The position numbers were made by a program, and so were the translations under genes. A DNA stretch of 64,000 nt from the human T2T-CHM13v2.0 reference genome, Homo sapiens: the NCBI RefSeq assembly GCF_009914755.1, contig NC_060940.1. The stretch is one strand, 5' to 3'. Positions within the stretch are counted from its first letter, which is position 1. Each line of letters begins with the position of its first letter. Of this stretch, positions 62,840 through 64,000 are shown piece after piece. Under the pieces are notes generated by a model. That model worked only from the letters and a program-made list of their open reading frames with translations. It had not been told where the DNA came from and did not search any database.

Positions 62840-64000
62840 TTTACACAGAGCAGATTTGAGACACTCTTTGGGTGGAGTTTGTAAGTGGAGAATTCAGCCG
62901 CTTTGAGGTCAACGGTAGAAAAGGAAATATCTTCGTATAAAATCTAGACAGAATGATTCTCAGAAACTGTTTTTTGATGTGTGCGTTCAACTCACAGAGT
63001 TTAACCTTTCTTTTCAAAGAGCAGTTAGGAAACACTCTGTTTGTAAAGTCTGCAAGTGGATATTCAGACCTCTTTGAGGCCTTCGTTGGAAACGGGATTT
63101 CTTCATATTATGCTAGACAGATGAATTCTCAGTAACTTCCTTGTGTTGTGTGTATTCAACTCACAGAGTTGAACGATCCTTTACACAGAGCAGATTTGAA
63201 ACACTGTTTTTCTGGAATTTGCAAGTGGAGATTTCAGCCGCTTTGAGGTCAATGGTAGAAAAGGAAATATCTTCGTAGAAAAACAAGACAAACTCGTTCC
63301 CAGACACTGCGTAGTGATGTGTGTGTTTAACTCACAGAGTTTAACCTTTCTTTTCATACAGCATTCTGGAAACCCTGTGTTTGTAAAGTCTGCAAGTGGA
63401 TATTTGGACCTCTTAGATGCCTTCGTTGGAAACGGGATTTCTTCATATAATGCTAGAGGGAAGAATTCTTAGTAACTTCTTTGTGTTGTGTGTATTCAAC
63501 TGACAGAGTTGAACCTTCCTTTAGACAGAGCAGATTTGAAAGTCTCTTTTTGTGGAATTTGCAAGTGGAGATTTCAAGCGCTTTGAGGCCAAAAGCAGAA
63601 AAGGAAATATTTTCCTATAAAAACTCGACAGAATCATTCTCAGAAACTGCTCTGTGATGTGTGCGTTCAACTCACAGAGTTTAACTTTTCTTTTCATTCA
63701 GCAGTTTGGAAACACTGTTTGGAAAGTCTGCACGTGGATATTTTGACCTCTTTGAGGCCTTCGTTGGAAACGGGTTTTTTTCATGTAAGGCTAGACAGAA
63801 GAAATCTCAGTAACTTCCTTGTGTTGTGTGTATTCAACTGACAGAGTTGAACCTTCCTTTAGACAGAGCAGATTCGAAACACTCTTTTTCTGCAATTTGC
63901 AAGTGGAGACTTCAAGCGCTTTGAGGCCAAAGGCAGAAAAGGAAATATCTTCGTATAAAAACCCGACAGAATCATTCTCAGAAACTGCTCTGTGATGTGT
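62840..64000 (+). repeat. Structural-variant HOR (8-monomer, 340-bp deletion), truncated by the window end
   Basis: Dimer-2 sequence (CAGCCGCTTTGAGGTCAATGG) runs directly into dimer-3 sequence (AAAACAAGACAAACTCGTTCCC) at ~63250-63300. Offset to the downstream marker ORF is 818 bp versus 1158 bp in copy 1, a difference of 340. Confidence 0.93.

Larger units (their letters stand above)
1..64000 (+). repeat. Centromeric alpha-satellite higher-order repeat array, dimeric SF1 type, 10-monomer ~1.7-kb HOR (37 complete copies plus one partial); probably human chr16 D16Z2 / S1C16H1L
   Basis: Alphoid motifs recur throughout (CATTCTCAGAAACT, TTCAACTCACAGAG, GGAATTTGCAAGTGGA, CENP-B box). Box-to-box spacing alternates 171/169 bp. 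The ORF track repeats every 1699/1697/1695 bp (2, 1699, 3398, 5097 ... 62841). Alpha-satellite identity is seen directly. The chr16 call rests on recalled knowledge that D16Z2 is the SF1 10-mer with a 1.7-kb unit (confidence about 0.8 for that part). Confidence 0.98.

Noticed and set aside
2-63841. The many short ORFs (60-86 aa) in the six-frame track
   Set aside because: They recur with the 340/1699-bp periodicity, overlap on both strands, often begin at non-ATG codons, resemble no protein family I recognise, and appear or disappear with single SNVs. They are chance frames in satellite DNA.
1-64000. CRISPR-like or repeat-spacer system
   Set aside because: The intervals between conserved motifs are themselves repeated alphoid sequence, not unique spacers, and there are no cas or other genes.
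1-64000. Embedded transposon (L1/Alu), inversion or foreign insert
   Set aside because: HOR spacing is continuous (1699/1697/1695 bp) and every CENP-B box I read is on the + strand, leaving no room for an insert.
1-64000. Claim that this window is the kinetochore site (CENP-A domain / hypomethylated dip region)
   Set aside because: Homogeneity and dense CENP-B boxes indicate an active-type array, but kinetochore position is epigenetic and cannot be read from sequence.

Overview
The whole 64-kb window is one uninterrupted, single-orientation primate (very likely human) centromeric alpha-satellite array. It is built from ~170-bp monomers alternating between A-type (pJalpha-like box) and B-type (CENP-B box CTTCGTTGGAAACGGGA), giving 340-bp dimers. 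Five dimers form a 10-monomer higher-order repeat (HOR) of 1699 bp, with 1697- and 1695-bp indel variants. There are 37 complete HORs (starts 1, 1698, 3397, 5096 ... 61141) and a truncated 38th copy starting at 62840, which is an 8-monomer deletion variant. The dimeric suprachromosomal-family-1 (SF1) sequence, the 10-mer/1.7-kb period and the single GATC per HOR fit the chromosome 16 active array D16Z2 (S1C16H1L); that assignment is from recall and was not searched. I see no genes, transposons, inversions or CRISPR, and the listed ORFs are repeat artefacts. I found no previously undescribed biological system. The real signal is the array's internal history: HOR haplotype blocks, repeated 2-HOR (~3.4 kb) tandem duplications, a possible 4-HOR period, mosaic HORs, a shared indel hotspot, two core-mutated CENP-B boxes and a 340-bp out-of-register deletion. 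All comparisons were made by eye, so SNV lists may be incomplete.
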